64,000 bases of DNA, taken from positions 1,590-65,589 of the forward strand of contig JBFWYP010000018.1 in the NCBI GenBank assembly GCA_050186295.1, given 5' to 3'. The translations under genes were made by a program, and so were the position numbers. The notes beneath the pieces are model-generated. The model was given only the letters and a program-made list of their open reading frames with translations, was not told where the DNA came from and ran no database searches. Numbering within the stretch: the stretch's first letter is position 1; every line of letters begins with the position of its first letter. This DNA comes from Thermoanaerobaculia bacterium. Its GTDB lineage: Bacteria; Acidobacteriota; Thermoanaerobaculia; Multivoradales; JAGPDF01. Below are positions 62,908 to 64,000 of this stretch, in pieces.

Positions 62908-63777
62908 ATGAGCCAGTCTGAACCATTCTCGCTCCGGATCTTTGTCGCCGACGGGGACCCGGATGGATTGCGACTTGTCGAGCGCTCGAACTGGATCGGC
63001 AAGGCGGTCATCTTCCCTCGCCCGCTTTTTCCGAAAGTGCGCGGACGGGAGGAATTCCAGCAGACCGGTGTCTATCTCCTGATCGGCCCTCGAGAGCAGG
63101 GTGACGGCGAGCAAATTTACGTCGGCGAAGGTGACCCGGTTCGACCGCGGCTCGAACAGCACTACGCAAAGAAAGATTTCTGGACCAGGGCGGTCTTCTT
63201 CGTCGCGGGGCCCGGGCAGCTCAACAAGGCCCACGTCCAGTACCTGGAGTCACAGCTCATCAAGCAAGCAGCGGCCGCGAAGCGTGTGCCCCTGGAGAAC
63301 GGCAACACACCTGCGGAACCCACCTTGTCCGAGGCCGATCGAGCGGACATGAATGTCTTCCTGGGCAACATCCTGGGAATGCTCCCGGTGCTCGGTATCC
63401 ACGCCTTCGAGCAGTCTTCGCCAAAGGTGGCAAGCGACGGCCCACTTCTAAAATGCCAGGGGAAGGGCGTCGTCGCGAGCGGGCGCGACACGGCGCAGGG
63501 TTTCGTCGTCTATTCCGGTTCGCTTGCGACGAAGGATCACACTCCATCCCTTGCAAAGCACTTCCCTTCGGTGGTGGAGCTCCGCGCTCAACTCGGCAAG
63601 AACGGCGTCCTCGTCGAAGACAAAGGCATGCTGCGATTTACTCAGAACTACACATTTACCTCGCCGTCGATGGCCGCTTCGGTAGCGCTCGGGCGCGCCT
63701 CGAACGGGCGCACCGAATGGAAAGATTCGGCCGGACGGACGCTCAAAGAACTGCAAGAGGCGGAAGCCGAGAAATGA
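62908..63777 (+). CDS. GIY-YIG nuclease with C-terminal DUF4357
   Basis: GVYLL..IYVGE..RL..H..KDFW, YLE; FTSPSMAA..GR.SNG..EWKD..G.TL. Confidence 0.85.
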   Translation: MSQSEPFSLRIFVADGDPDGLRLVERSNWIGKAVIFPRPLFPKVRGREEFQQTGVYLLIGPREQGDGEQIYVGEGDPVRPRLEQHYAKKDFWTRAVFFVAGPGQLNKAHVQYLESQLIKQAAAAKRVPLENGNTPAEPTLSEADRADMNVFLGNILGMLPVLGIHAFEQSSPKVASDGPLLKCQGKGVVASGRDTAQGFVVYSGSLATKDHTPSLAKHFPSVVELRAQLGKNGVLVEDKGMLRFTQNYTFTSPSMAASVALGRASNGRTEWKDSAGRTLKELQEAEAEK

Positions 63778-64000
63778 ACGAAGCCGAAACCCGCGCCGAG
63801 CACATCGACCCCGCGCTGAAGGCGACGGGATGGGGGGTCGTGGAGGGGAGCGTGGTGCGGCGGGAGTACGCGATCGCGCCGGGGCGGATCGAGGCGCACG
63901 GGAAGCGCGGCAAGGCGCTCACCGCCGACTACGTGCTCGAGTACCGCAACACCAAGCTCGCCGTGATCGAGGCCAAAGCGTGGGACCAGGCGCTCACCGA
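63774..64000 (+). CDS. hsdR: Type I R-M restriction subunit (N-terminus, truncated by window edge)
   Basis: MNEAETRAEHIDPALK..GW..REY..GRI..ADYVL..LAVIEAK. Confidence 0.9.
   Translation, partial: MNEAETRAEHIDPALKATGWGVVEGSVVRREYAIAPGRIEAHGKRGKALTADYVLEYRNTKLAVIEAKAWDQALT

Overview
High-GC bacterial chromosomal window. The probable source is Acidobacteriota (Thermoanaerobaculia-like); this is inferred from protein features only and not verified. It contains the replication origin region on the minus strand (dnaA-oriC-dnaN-recF-gyrB-gyrA-5-formyl-THF cyclo-ligase), the ffs-dnaX-ybaB-recR cluster, tadA with two tRNA-Ser genes, ruvB, mutY and truA. It also holds a ufaD/ufaO/ufaM-like fatty-acid modification operon, several peptidases and secreted proteins, a YtrA-regulated double ABC operon with an acyltransferase-ATPase fusion, and a lower-GC defence-type island at the right end (HEPN-like ORF, type I R-M, GIY-YIG/DUF4357). 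The most notable unexplained signals are: (1) an ORF-less, highly structured ~210 nt transcript unit between sppA and mutY, bounded by a perfect sigma54 promoter and an intrinsic terminator; (2) a divergent module coupling the bicarbonate transporter sbtAB with a wHTH regulator and purK-purE, a candidate low-CO2 regulon; (3) recF and the cyclo-ligase gene lack canonical start codons; (4) pervasive leaderless -10/start-codon architecture; (5) variant DnaA boxes paired with a variant DnaA recognition helix. No CRISPR array, rRNA, integrase or transposase was seen.
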